Source of the DNA: Camelus dromedarius
Lineage: Eukaryota
DNA length: 64,000 bases
NCBI RefSeq assembly: GCF_036321535.1
Contig: NC_087437.1
Coordinates: 89,344,001-89,408,000, forward strand
Reading direction: 5' to 3'
In this document: positions 12,001-24,916 of the stretch, piece by piece
How the letters are laid out: the number at the start of each line of letters is the position of its first letter
Position numbering within the stretch: the stretch's first letter is position 1
Made by a program: the position numbers and the translations under genes
The notes under the pieces: model-generated
What the model saw: the letters and a program-made list of their open reading frames with translations, nothing else
What the model was told of the DNA's origin: nothing
Database searches by the model: none

Positions 12001-14902
12001 TCTTTATCTTTTGTATAATTCCTGTAGATTTTTGTTTTGTGGTTACCATGAGGCTTACATAAAGCAACTTATATTCATAACAGTCTATTTTATGTTGATA
12101 ACTTAAATTTGAATGCACTCTAAAACTCTACATCCCCCACACATAATGTTTCATGTTTTCAGTGTCATAATTTACTACTTTTTATTGTCTGTATGTATTG
12201 CCAAATTATTGTAGTTATAGTTATTTTTACTAATTTTGTTTTTTACCCTTGATGCTAGCTTTGTAAGTGATTAACCCACTACCTTTACAACATTTGATTA
12301 TTCTGAATTTTACTGTGTTTACTGGGAGACTTATGTGTTAATATGTTTTCCTGTTACTACTTAGTAACCTTTTGTTTTAGCTTTAAAAAGTCCTTTACAT
12401 TTCTTGTAAGGCCAGCTTAGTGGTGATGAATGCTTTTACTTTTGCTTGTCTGGAAAACTCTCTGTCTCTCCACAATTTTGCTGGGTAGATCATTCTTCAT
12501 TAGCAGTTGTTGTTTTCTTTCAGCACTTTGCATATATTGAGCCACTCCTTTCTGGCCTCCAAAGATTCTGCTGAAAAGACCTGTTGATAGTTTTATGGAT
12601 TTCTCTTTGTATGTAGTATGCTGTTTTTCTCTAGATACCTTTAAGTTTCTTTTCTTGTATTTAACTTTTGACAATTTAATTATAATGTGTTTGGTGTGGG
12701 TATCTTTGGGTTCCTCTTACTGGGAACTCTGTTGCCTTCCTGGATCTGAATGTCTGTTTCCTTCACCAGATTAGAAATTTTTCAGCCATTATTATTTTTT
12801 CTTTCTTCTTCTCCTTCTTCTTCTTTTAAGACCACTATATTCCAAATATTGCTCCACTTGATGTGCCATACTCCCTTAAGCTACCTTAACTTTTTTTCAT
12901 TCTTTTTTTGTTCTGTTGGTCTGATTGGGTGAGTTTCACTGCCCTGTCTTCATGTTCACTGATCCTTTCTTTTGCTTCATCTAGACTGCTAGTGTATTTT
13001 TCAGTTCAGTCATTGTATTCTTCAGCTCTGACTTTTCCTTGGTACTTTCTGTCTCAAGGGTCTCACTTTGTTCATCCTTTCGGTTCTTGAGCTCAATGAG
13101 CATCTGTATGACTCATTTTGAACTCTTTATTAGATAAATCATGTATCTCCATTTCATTAAGGACTTTTTCTGAGGTTTTATCTTGTTCTTTACTTTGGAA
13201 CATATTTCTCTGTTCTTCATTTTGCTTGGCTTTCTGTGTTGGTTTCTATGGATTAGATAAAATAACTACCTTTCCCAGCCTTGATGGTGTGGCCTCATAT
13301 AGAAGATGAATCATATCATTCAATCCTGCCCTAGCTTTTGGTTATCTATCAAACGTTTGTAATAGTTCAAGCAGCCTACTTTATCCTTAGTGGTTCCTGG
13401 TAGTTGAATGTATACAAAACCTGTCAGTATCCCAAAGAAGAGGCTCTTAGCACCTAAATTCAGGCTGATGGAAAGCCAGACCCTCAGGCAGCAGCTTGTC
13501 AAGTATGCAAATATAAATAGTCCTGTGAGATATCCAGAGCCAAACTATCTAGAGGTATACCCTGGATGGCAGTTGCAAAATTTGGGATGACACACATGAG
13601 TACAAGTTCCTTTCCAAGAGATACCAGTGAGCTAAAGCAAGACAGAGGGGGAGAAAAAGATGACATCCACTGACCCCTATCCCCTAAGAATACCTCAGTA
13701 AGCCTCTATGTGTGTGCAAAACCAGAAGCCCTCCCCTCAGACCAAAGCTCCAGACAAGCAAATAGGCACCACTCTTTTGCTATTTGTTAATAGTCCCGTG
13801 GGATCCAGGAATGCAAACTCCACTGGCCACTATAACAGGCAATCAAGGGGCATCCCCTCAGCAGCAGCCACAAAACCAGGATACCAGGTGTAAAAATTGG
13901 GCCACCAGAGGCACATATAACCTCCCCTCCAGAAAATACTGGGTCTCTGGGATGTAGCAGAGAGAAAGCACCCACCCTCTGAGGGATTACAGTTGTCCCT
14001 TAGACCTGTGTTTAATCAGTAGCCTGCCCCTCAGGCAACAGCTACAAAGATAAGCTAATTGGCCTCTTCACAGAGACTGGGCACCTCAGGCTACTGCCTC
14101 TTTGCTATGCCCTGGGGGTAGGAGCTGGTTAAGAATGCTTTCTCTGTGACTGTCCTGTAGGACTCACAAGTGTTAGTTCCACTGGCCAGTAGACTCAGGT
14201 GATCTAGAGGTGTCCTGTGGGTAACAACTGAAAAAATCAGGGCACCAGATGGGGGTACAAGCTTCTCTCTAGGATATACTGGCAAGCTGGAGCAAGGCAG
14301 AGGGAGGTAACAAGGATGATACTAGTCAGCATCCATCCCGGGAGAGTATTTCAGCCAGCCCTACGTGTGTGTTAGGTTGGATGCCTGCCTCTCAGATCAG
14401 TGCTTTAAGATAAGAACATAAGCCTCCTTCACAGGTCTGGGTGCTTTTCAGTCAGCTGCCTCTGTGGTGGGTCCTCAGGGTAGTTCCACGTGGGTCTTTA
14501 AAATCTGTTTCTCACTCACTGCAGTCTTGTGGGTCTCATGGGCTCAAGCTCTGTTGTCTTCCAAAGAGATGTTTTGAGGCTCACTTCTCAGGCACAGGTC
14601 CTAAAAGTTGGGGTGCCTGATGTGAGGTTCAAACCTGTGATTCTTCAGGCAGAAGCTCGGGTTTGTGAATTTCCTGATTGTCTATCACTGTGCTGAAGGT
14701 GGGTGGGATTCATGACAAGATGGTGTTTTATCTTCTCCTACCTACTTTGATGATTTTTTCCTTTTCTTGTTTGCTGTAAGAGTCACTTAGCTAGTTTTTG
14801 GTTCTGTTCTAGAGGAAATTGTTCATGCATAGCTGTATATTCATAGTGCGTGTGGGAGGAGCTGAGTGCTGGAGTTCTGACATCACCATCTTGGAACTGA
14901 TT
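8429..14902 (-). mobile_element. Full-span decayed LINE-1 (copy A) with internal ORF2 deletion
   Basis: 3'UTR at ~8430. ORF2 remnants include MRPETIKFLEVNIG (9627-9824) and YLSIITLTGNGLNAPIRR (~11810-11870). ORF1 remnant at ~12420-13200, 5'UTR at ~13300-14900 beginning ttccaagatggtg (YY1-like). Degenerate TSD cttaactgctttt (8416-8428) / cttgaatgctttt (14903-14915), 11/13 match. Confidence 0.9.
8980..9048. repeat. (TG)n microsatellite in L1 3' region
   Basis: Directly visible. A second (TG)n run lies at ~9345-9370. Confidence 0.95.
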
Positions 14903-14979
14903 CTTGAATGCTTTTATTAATTTCTACACTGGTCCACTGTCTCAGTGTAAGTGAATTATACATGGGCATTCCTTCCCTC

Positions 14980-15560
14980 TGTACATCTTTATTGAATGCT
15001 CAGTCTGTCATTCTTTGTTCTCATAGAGGATGCATCAGTGAACAACACAATATTTCCATTTTCATGGAGGGTTCTCTGAGGAAGGAAGTACACAGTAAAC
15101 ATAAAAGACCATCACCTGATAGAGATAGTCTGGCAGAAAAATTATATAAAATGATAAAAGAGTATGACAGGCTGGAGGATATCTCTAACCTGTGAGTACT
15201 AAGAAAGAACCAATTTTGTAAATATTAAGATACAATTTTCAAGATAGAGGGAGAAAGAATTTAGTTAATTCAAGTAATTAAAGAAAAGAATCAGTATGGC
15301 TGGAACAGGGTGGGAACAGGAGCATGCTAAATTAGCAGAGGGAGCCTAGACATGGAGCAGGAGGGCTTCACGAGAAATGCAAAACAAGGAAATTGTCTTC
15401 CATGAGAGATGCCAAGAGTTTTAATAGTTTTACACAAGGGAATGATGTCATGGGAAATATGTTTTAAAAAAACACCACTCTGGCTTCTATGAGAATAATG
15501 GATTATAGGCTAAAACTGTAAGCAGAAAGTGCAGCTAGGAGGCTATTGCAATGTCCAGAA
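14980..15560 (-). mobile_element. L2 fragment
   Basis: ggatgcatcagtgaacaacac...ttcatggag and ccactctggcttctatgagaataatggattatagg...gctaggaggctattgcaatgtccag are L2 3'-region motifs. Confidence 0.6.
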
Positions 15561-17578
15561 ATATTAATGCATAGCAAAAAGCAACCTCTTCCTATTTACT
15601 CCAGCCAGGTCTCAGCAGTACTCTAAGAATTCTGGGGCATAATACATTTGTCTTTGAAGATTATCATCTATAGAACCTTGCATAAATAGATTATCAAATT
15701 ACTTTCTGCTGTTATGGTTGTTAATAAATGGAGTCTGGTACAATGTCTGCTTTACATATAGGTGGTGGTCAAATGCACCTATTGCCAGATGACATGACAG
15801 TAATCTCTTTGTTGCTGTTGACAGTGGGAAATACTATCATTTATTCTTAATCATCTTACTCCTTTTCTTATGATCATAGAAAAAAAATAAAATGAGTAAA
15901 ACAGATGTAACTCAAAATCACGACTTCGAAGTTTCAGGTTCAGACCAACTGCAAAATAATGTGAATTTAAATTGTAAGTAGCTGTGATTGAGCTAGATTC
16001 AGCACAGCCAGATAGTCAGATTAAGGCTATATATCAAAACAGTTTAAGTTCATTTAAATATATTTAAATTAAAATTTTAAATTATTTATTTTAAATAGTT
16101 ATACAAAGGTTGTGGCAGGTATCGAGTGTAATGTGGAAAAGATAATGATCCAAAACTTTAACTTAGTTTTGTTACAGACAAATATTTGCTTTCTATTAGT
16201 GGTGCTGACACTGAGGGAAATTTCAGTTGCAGGCATTTTAATTATCTTTGTTTTTTTTTTTTTAAGTTAATAAAGAGAGAAGAAGCAAAGATATTCCTAG
16301 GAGACTTAAGTAACATAAATATGCTTATAATTGTTAATACTAGTTGATGCTCTGTTACATTAAAATAAAAAAGATATCACAAACTAAAAGGTAATTAGGG
16401 TCATGTACTTCATCCCTGTGATTGATAAGAAACAACTCTTCTTATAAATAATTTTAGCATGTATGTCTTTCTCCTTTACTTACTATTCACAGAAAATTCA
16501 GTATAGAATGAATACCGACTCCAAAGTAAGGACAAAAAACAAAGTCATGCTTCTGCCTTTGAAAAGCTGACAGTGAAGGAGTTAGAAACTTCAACAAATG
16601 ATTTCAATATAGAATACTTAAAAGCCTATTTCTACACTGAAAAAAATTTAAAAAGTAACAGACTCTGCCTTCCATTTTTTCTATAGCCCATAGCAAATAG
16701 GTCTCTGGTTCCCTTCTAACACATTTACTTTTATTTTACTAAGGTTAATTAGTACGTTTCCTTTTGCAAAAGTCATCCATAACTAGGGGGGAAAAAAGTT
16801 AAGTCTTTACTGTATAGGGCCTCTTTCCTGTATTTGACCCAGTGTTTACTCCTTCCATCTCTAAACTATCCATTTCCTTGTTTTCTCCCTCAGTGCATAT
16901 TCTTGAGTTTCTGTATGTTTGTGCACAATCCTTCCATATTTTCTTCTTAGTTAGTTTTTGGGCTCCTTTTTCTCTCCCTCCCCACCCTTAGGCTTTGAAA
17001 TGGACTCTCTGTTCATTTTATCCTATTTTCTATTCCTAGGTGACCTAGTTCATGAAGACTTGCTTGCTAAAGTCTCCAACATCCTCATCTCCAGCATCTC
17101 TTCAATAAAATAGCCAACATAATTTAGTGAGTAAAATAATCTTCTTTAAAGTTTTAACATTTTTAAATGTTTATTTTTAACTTGGTGGCATAATACAAAA
17201 ACTGAGAATTACTAACATTAGTATATTATTTTAATTTGCACTTTTCTAAGAGGCAGAAATTGAATTTGGTATATACTTAGTAGACTGCTGATAACATGAT
17301 AAAATTAATATTGAGTCTAATTCTACAATAGGAGAGTTGTTAGGAAAATATGTTCTAATCTTAGTAAATTACAATTGTCTGGGACATTAATAATGTTAAA
17401 GTATGGTCTACCTTCTTATATTCTGGAGAGAGTCATTTACTTTGAGTGAACAAGAATTTACTTTTAAAATAGAACTTTGTTTTTCTGACTGTAACTGTGT
17501 CTGATATCAGCTAGTGAAAGTAATTGCATTCTCCTTGGGAAAATCCTGTGGACTTGCTTAAAAGGTAGTGATAGTGTC

Positions 17579-17587
<9 letters not shown>

Positions 17588-17616
<29 letters not shown>
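17588..17616. repeat. (TG)n microsatellite
   Basis: Directly visible, flanked by (TA)n. Confidence 0.95.
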
Positions 17617-17624
<8 letters not shown>

Positions 17625-20600
17625 TTAAGTTAAGGAATTTTTTAAAAGCCCTCAAGAGAAGATGAGGAAATAGAAATTTTGGTGATTATTATGTTTGTCT
17701 GTGTCTTTACCTGGATATCATTCATATTCAGACCTAGATAAACCATTTAGAAAGTCCAAGTGGATTTCATTTCATTTGACTATTGCTCACTTAATTTATT
17801 CACTGTGTCCGAACATTACTGGGTGCCTGTTATTAGCCATAATCAGAGTTCAACATCAAATGCTATGACAAAGTGACAGAGTCCCAGCACTGCAAATGCT
17901 GACTGTTAGCCAAAGGCTGAATACTGGTAGTCAGCGAGCAGCATCTGATGGGGAGATGTGTTTGTTTGGTCTGCGAGGTCACCAAGGTTCCTACCACTCT
18001 TTATTGTTTCTCATTGCTGTCTGGGCATGTACCACTGTGTTTACAATCTCTAGTCATGTTTGTTCAGCCTTGTGACTGGGCTGAAATTTAACCTGCAGGA
18101 AAAATGGGGAGAGAGAAATAAACCATCATGGAAGAGCTATCAGCCCAAATACTAATATGAAAGAACACGGTGAATTTGGATTTAATAGGCTTCTTTATGC
18201 AATGACATCTAATGGGTAAATCTGAGGGAAAAGGTATGCGCTTTTCAACTGGTGTGTTTTAAATGATGATAATGAATGAAGTCATCTAGGTGCTGGTGTA
18301 TTTGTGTTTTGTTTTGTTTCTAATCCACAAATCCTTTGTTTTAAATAACATTTAGGAACAATGTATAAAGCTGATAAAAGTGGAGTTACTATGATTGAGT
18401 TTTCTGTGGGAGTATGTACACTCTAAACGTAGAGTCTGGAAACCACAGGAAGAGGGAAGGGTCAAGAATGGAGCTCTAAAGGATTACCTATATTTGAGTG
18501 TCAAAAATAAAGAAGCAGCAGGGGGAAGTCTGAAAGTGAATAGTCAGTGTAACAGAAAGAAAACCAGAAATTAGCATAGAAAGGAGTTTCGAAAAGAGGG
18601 CATTTGATCTGGCAAAGCCATTTAGAATAAAAATTGAGACCTTTACTCTTAGCTATTTATTCACTGAATGAAAAGAGTAATATGTGAGGTGGAAAGAAGC
18701 CAGAGAGCTATGTTTCTAGGAGTAAAGGGAGTTTAAACAGTAGAATTTTTTGGAATACAGAAAAATGTTATGGCAGCAGCTTGAAGTAAAAGTAGAGTTA
18801 AAGAAAAGCCTCATCTGTTGTTTGATGGTAAAGAAAACTATCTGGAGAATTAAAGCAACAGAAGAAAGGGTGATAATGGACATAGTAAGATTCTGGACTA
18901 GGTAAGAGGTTGAGGAATAAATAAAGCAAAACGAGGGATTTACATTTAGAAAGGACAGATATTCATACATCTATGAAAGAAGGAAATGATGGATAGTTTA
19001 AAGATTGGAGGAGTTTACAATGGGTAGTCTTTATTTTCCTTGTGATACAGAGCACAAGGAGTTTGTTAGAATCAAATAGGTAGAAAAATTGAAAAGAATA
19101 GTTAAATTACGAAAGAGCAGATGAGAAAAGCCCAAAATGATACTAGCCAGGATCAAGGGAAAACAAAATCGCTATACTGTGTTGAGGTTCTAGTTGTTAT
19201 TATAAACCATATCATTTTAACTGGTGCCAACTTGAAACACTAGCATCATTCTCCAGATTATATATTTTCTCATTGGTAAAGTAGTAATAACAATTCTGAT
19301 TTTTAAAGATATTTCATGTGCCTTGGGTGATATATCAATGCAGGAGTTACAATTCTATTCAGATCAAAATCAGTTTGTAATTAAATGTTTCAAGATCAAT
19401 TTCAGATCATTCTCGTCAGCAGTTCATATTTGGAATTCACAACTAAAATAGGATGAATCCAAAATAAAGTCATATCCTGGCTTAGTTTTGTGATGACTTT
19501 GGATCAGTTTCATTTGACACTTGGGATAGATCCATCTTGGAAAAAAAAAAAAGCTGTACAAAGATTTGGATTTATATGAAAAAAGAGCACTTTATCATAC
19601 GTGCATTTTATAGTCAATAGCTTCTTAATCTCTAGCTGTTACACAAAACAAGATTGTCACCACTTTTAGACATTAAGTTTCAAAAAAAATTGGTGTAATA
19701 TATCTTTCCATTCATGATACTGACCATTCTTGAATTATTATTTAAAATCCCACAAATACTTATGTCTTTTAGCAAATTATAATTATATACTGCAAGGTTA
19801 AAATCATCATATATATAACAGTTATTCCTCATAGCTATGAAAATGAGCTCACCTTTATTTATATACAGTGAGCTACAGCAGGTCTATTATAGGATCTATG
19901 GTTGGTAGTGTATGTACTATGAATCATTTTTCCAGGTCCATACATGCATGCTCTGTCGATGTAGTCACTTGCCTGTTTCTAATTTGAGTCTGTAGCACAT
20001 ATTTGCAAAAGATCTATATTATGAGTAGCATCTATTTATCATGAGGAGGATTTTTTTAATTGAAAGCTAACTGGCCCTTGTATGGACATTGCCTTCACTT
20101 GAATAGTCTTTATCTGAGCATATTGCTTTAGGCTACAATTATTAGTGTCTTGCAGTGAATTCCTCAATCTCTGTTTTAAATGTTGTAATTTTCATAAGAT
20201 TATTTTAAAAGCTTGCTCAGTTAAAATAATCGAGTTTGTCAAAGGATTAACAATGAGAGAACCCTGAAAGAATGAATAATGGTCCGTCACGTGAAATTAC
20301 CAGATTAGATTGGTTTGCTCTTGATTATCCTGGTATTGTCTACAGATGCACATATATACATTTATTTTTTCTAGTTTTATTGAGATTTGAAAGACATCAC
20401 TGTATAAGCTTATGGTGTACAGCAAAATGATTTGACTTAACGTAGAGTGAGAAATGGTTACCACAAGACGCTTAGTTAACATTTATCATCTCATGTAGAT
20501 AGTTAAAAAAAGAAAAAATATTATTTTCCCTTGTGATGGGAACTTTCGGGATTTACTCTCTTAACAACTTTCAAATTCACCAAAAAGCAGTGTTTATTAT

Positions 20601-23600
20601 AGTCATCATGTTATTTGTTACACCCCTAGTCCTTAGTCCTTATTTATCTTCTAACTGCAGTTTGTACTTCTTGATCACTTTCATCCAGTACTCCTCCCCT
20701 CACTCCCTGAATCTGGTAGCCACAAATCTGATGTCTTTTCTATGTGTTTATTTGTTTGGGGGGCATTTTTGTTTATTTTCTTTTAGATTCCACGTATAAG
20801 TGAGATCATACAGTATTTGTCTCTGACTTACTTAATTTAGCATAATGCCTTCAAAGTCCATCCAGGTTGGTACAAATGACAGAATTTCTTTTTTATGGCT
20901 GAATAATATTATATTTTGTATATGTGTGTGCGTGTGTATGTATAAATTATATTTATATCCCAACTTCTACTTCTTTATCCATTCATCCATCAATGGACAC
21001 TTAGCTTCTTTCCATGCCTTGGCTATTATAAATAATGCTGCTACGAACATTGGGGTGCAAGTATCTTTTCAAGTTAATGTTTTGTTTCTTTGGATAAATA
21101 CCCAGAAGTGGAATTGCTGGAAGTCCTATTTTTAATTATTTGAGGAACCTCCATAATGTTTTCCTCATTGGCTGTACAAATATATTCCCACTAACAGTGC
21201 ACAAGGGTTCCCTTTTTTCTACATCCTTGCCAGTATTTATTATCTCCTTCTTAATGCTACCTATTCCAACAGGTGGAAGGTGATATTTCACTGTGGTTCT
21301 GAAGATTAGTAATGCTGAACACCTTTCAAGTACCTGTTGACCATTTATTTATCTTTCTGTAAAAAAAGTCTATTCAGGTCCTTTGCCCATTTTTCAAATG
21401 GATTATTTTCTTGCTATTGAGTTGTATGAGTTCTTTCTATATTTTGGATATTAACTCCTTCTCTAATGTATGGTTTGCAAATATAGCCTCCCATTCTTTG
21501 GATTATCCTCTCATTTTGTTGATCATCTCTTTTGCTGTGCGGAAGCCTTGTAGTTTCACGTAGGCCCAATCAGTATTTTTATTTTATTTCTTGTGTTTTA
21601 TGTGTCATATCCAAAGAGTAACACTCATGTCACAGATCCTTTTTCCTGTGGTTTTTTTCCTATGAATTTTATGGTTTCCAGTTTTACATTTAAGTCTTTA
21701 ACTCATTTTGAGTTTATTTTTGTGAGTGGTGTAAGATAGAGGTCTAGTTTTTCTACTAAATGTGAATATCCCCTTTGACCAGCACAATTTATTGAAAGGA
21801 TTCTTTTCTCTGAGTATTCCTGGTTCCCTTGTCAAGTATTAGTTGACCATATATGCATGGGCTTATTTTGGGGCTCAGTTCTGTTCTCTTGGTCTATGTG
21901 TCTGTTTTCATGGTGGTATGATACTGTTTTAATGACTGTTACTTTGTATATAGCTTGAAATCTGGAAGTGTGATGCCTCTAGCTTTGTTCTTTTTCTGGA
22001 TTGATTTAGCTATTCAGGGTCTTTTGTGGTACTCTACAAATTTTAGAAATTACTTTCTACTTCTATAAAAAATGCCATTGGAATCTTGATCATTGATTTA
22101 TAGATGGCTTTGCATACAGCATGGGCATTTTAGCGGCATTAATTCTACAGATCCACAAACATGGGATACTTTTCTGTTTATTTGTGTCTTCTTTAATTTC
22201 TTTCATCAAAGTCTTATAGTTTTCATAGTGGAGTCCTCTCACTTCCTTGGTTAAATTTATTCCTAGGTATTTTTATTATTTTTGATGCTATTGTAAATAA
22301 GATTGTTTTCTTTCATTTCAGATAAATTGTTGTTAGTCTATAAAACTGTAGTACTTTGTGTATTAATATCATATCCTGCAACTTTACAAAATTTGTTGAT
22401 TGCATCTAACAGCTTTTGGTGGGGTCTTTAGGATTTTCTATATAAAACCAATCATCTGCAGATAGAGCCAGCTGTATTTCCTTTCAAATCCTGATGCCTT
22501 TCATTTATTTTTCTTACCTCATGCTCTGGTTGAATTGCAGTACTATGTTGAGTAGGAGTGTTAAGAGTTAGCCTCCTTGTCTTTTACCTGTTATTAATGG
22601 AAAAGCTTTCAGTATTTCACCACTGAGTATAATGTTAGCTGTGAACTTTTCCTATATGACCTTTACTATGTTTAGGTACTTTCCTTCTATACCTACTTAA
22701 TTTGTTAGGAGTTATCCAATGAATGAATGTTGAATTTTGTCAAATGCTTTTTGTGTCTATTGAGATGATCATATAATTTTATCATTTTATCATTGTGATG
22801 TGTCATATTGTATTATTTTATCATTGTGATGTATCATATTGTATTTTTTGCATATGTTGAACCATCCTTGCATCATAAGGATTAATCCTACTTGATCACG
22901 GTGAATAATCCTTTCAGTGAGTTGCTTAATTCTGTTTGTTAGTGTTTTATTGAGAATTTTTATATTTATATTCATGAATTAAGGATATTATTCTATAGTT
23001 GTTTTTCTTTTAAAATTCTTCCCTGACTCTGTGTGATGGTGGCCTTGTAAAATGAGTTTGGGAGTGTTCCCTCTTGTTTCATTTTTTGGAAGAATTTGAG
23101 AAGGATTGACTTTAATTCTTCTTTAAAAGTTTGGTGAAATACACCAGGTACTCCTGGTACTGGTATTTTCTTTCTTTTTTTTTTTTTTTTTTTTTACATT
23201 TTTTTTATTGAGTAATAATCATTTTACAATGTTGTGTCAAATTCTAGTGTAGAGTACAATTTTTCAGTTTTACATGAACATATATATATTCATTGTCACA
23301 TTTTTTTTCCACTGTGAGCTACCACAAGATCTTGTATGTATTTCCCTGTGCTATACAGTATAATTTTGTTTATCTATTCTGCATTTTAAAATCCAAGTCT
23401 GTCCCTTCCCACCCACCCCCACCCCCCGCCCTCTTGGCACCACAAGTTTGTATTCTAGGTCTATGAGTCTGTTTCTGGTTTGTATTTTTTTTTCTTTTTT
23501 TTTTTTTTTCTAGATTCCACATATGAGTGATCTCATATGGTATTTTTCTTTCTCTTTCTGGCTTATTTCACTTAGACTGACATTCTCCAGGAACATCCAT

Positions 23601-24018
23601 GTTGCTGCAAATGGCGTTAGGTTGTCAGTTTTTGTGGCTGAATAGCATTCCGTTGTATAAATATACCACCTCTTCTTTATTCAGTCATCTGTTGATGGAC
23701 ATCTAGGCTGCTTCCATGTCTTGGCTATTGTAAATAGTGCTGCTATGAACATTGGGGTGCAGGTGTCATTTTGAAGTAGGGTTCCTTCTGGATAGATGCC
23801 CCAGAGTGGGATTCCTGGGTCATATGGTAAGTCTTTTCCTAGTCTTTTGAGGAATCTCCATACTGTTTTCCACAGTGGCTTTCCTTGCTTCCCTCTCCCA
23901 CTCTTAATGATTTAGATGTCTTCTTTTACAATTTTGTGTTTATTCTTTTTGTAATTCATGACAGTTATCTCCTTTCCAATTATGAGTTTCTCATTTTTGT
24001 AGCATCCTGCTTTTCTAT

Positions 24019-24916
24019 TTAGAGTAGACCTGCCAGTATTTCTTTTAGCATGGGTTTAGTGTTGCTAAACTCTTTTAGTTTTTGCTTGTCTATGAAGTTC
24101 TTTATCTCTCCTTCTAAAGGATAGCCTTGCTGGATAGAGTATCCTAGGCTGCATCTTTTTTTAATTCAGGACTTTGAATATATCTTGCTACTCCCTTCTG
24201 GCCTGTAGTGTTTGTGTAGAGAAATCAGCTGAGAGCCTTATGGGGGTTCCCTTTGTAACTCATTCTTTATTTTTCTCTTGCTGCCTTAAGGATCATTTCT
24301 TTATCCTTGACTCTGGCCATCTTGATTATGATATGTCTTGGTGTGGGTCTGTTTGGGTTCTTCCTTTTTGGGACCCTCTGAGCCTCCTGTACTTGGATAT
24401 CTGATTCCTTCTTTAGGTTTGGAAGTTTTCAGTCATGATTTCTTCAAATATCTTTTCAATCCCCTTTGTTCTTTCTTTCCCTTCTGGAACCCCTATTATG
24501 CGTAGATTGGCATGCTTTGTATTATCCCATAGGTCCCTTATATTGTTTTTATTGTTTTTTATTTGTTTTTCTCTCAGCTGTTCTGATTGGGTGCTTTCTG
24601 TTATCCTGTCTTCTAGGTCACTAATTCGTTCCTCTGCATTATCTATCCTGCTTTGTACAGCCTTTAGGTTAGCTCTCATCTCAGCAAATGAGTTTACTAA
24701 TTCTACTTGGCTCTTCTTTATAGCTTCTATTTCATTTTTGACATATTTTATATCTCTAAACACTATTTCTTTTAGTTCCTTCAGTACTTTGATCACTCCT
24801 TTTTTGAAATCTTGATCTAGTAGGCCATCAATGTCTATTTCCTTGATTGTGCTTTCAGGGGATTTCTCTTGATCTTTTAATTGGGAGTCGTTCCTCTGCT
24901 TCTTCATATTGCTCAT
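24019..24916 (-). pseudogene. L1 ORF1p (RNA-binding/chaperone) remnant
   Basis: A 167-aa ORF (coiled coil, NLRIIGVPEG, ENF) frameshifts at ENF. It continues through frameshifts and stops as NLKKESDIQVQEAQRVP...TPRHIIIKM...TPIRLSADFS...ARRE*...ILYPARLSF...LKEILAGLL* with the stop at 24019-24021. Confidence 0.92.

Noticed and set aside
15028..15191. Exon-like segment (catag|...|gtgagt) within the 95-aa ORF 14908-15195
   Set aside because: It lies in a recognisable L2 fragment and shows no protein similarity.
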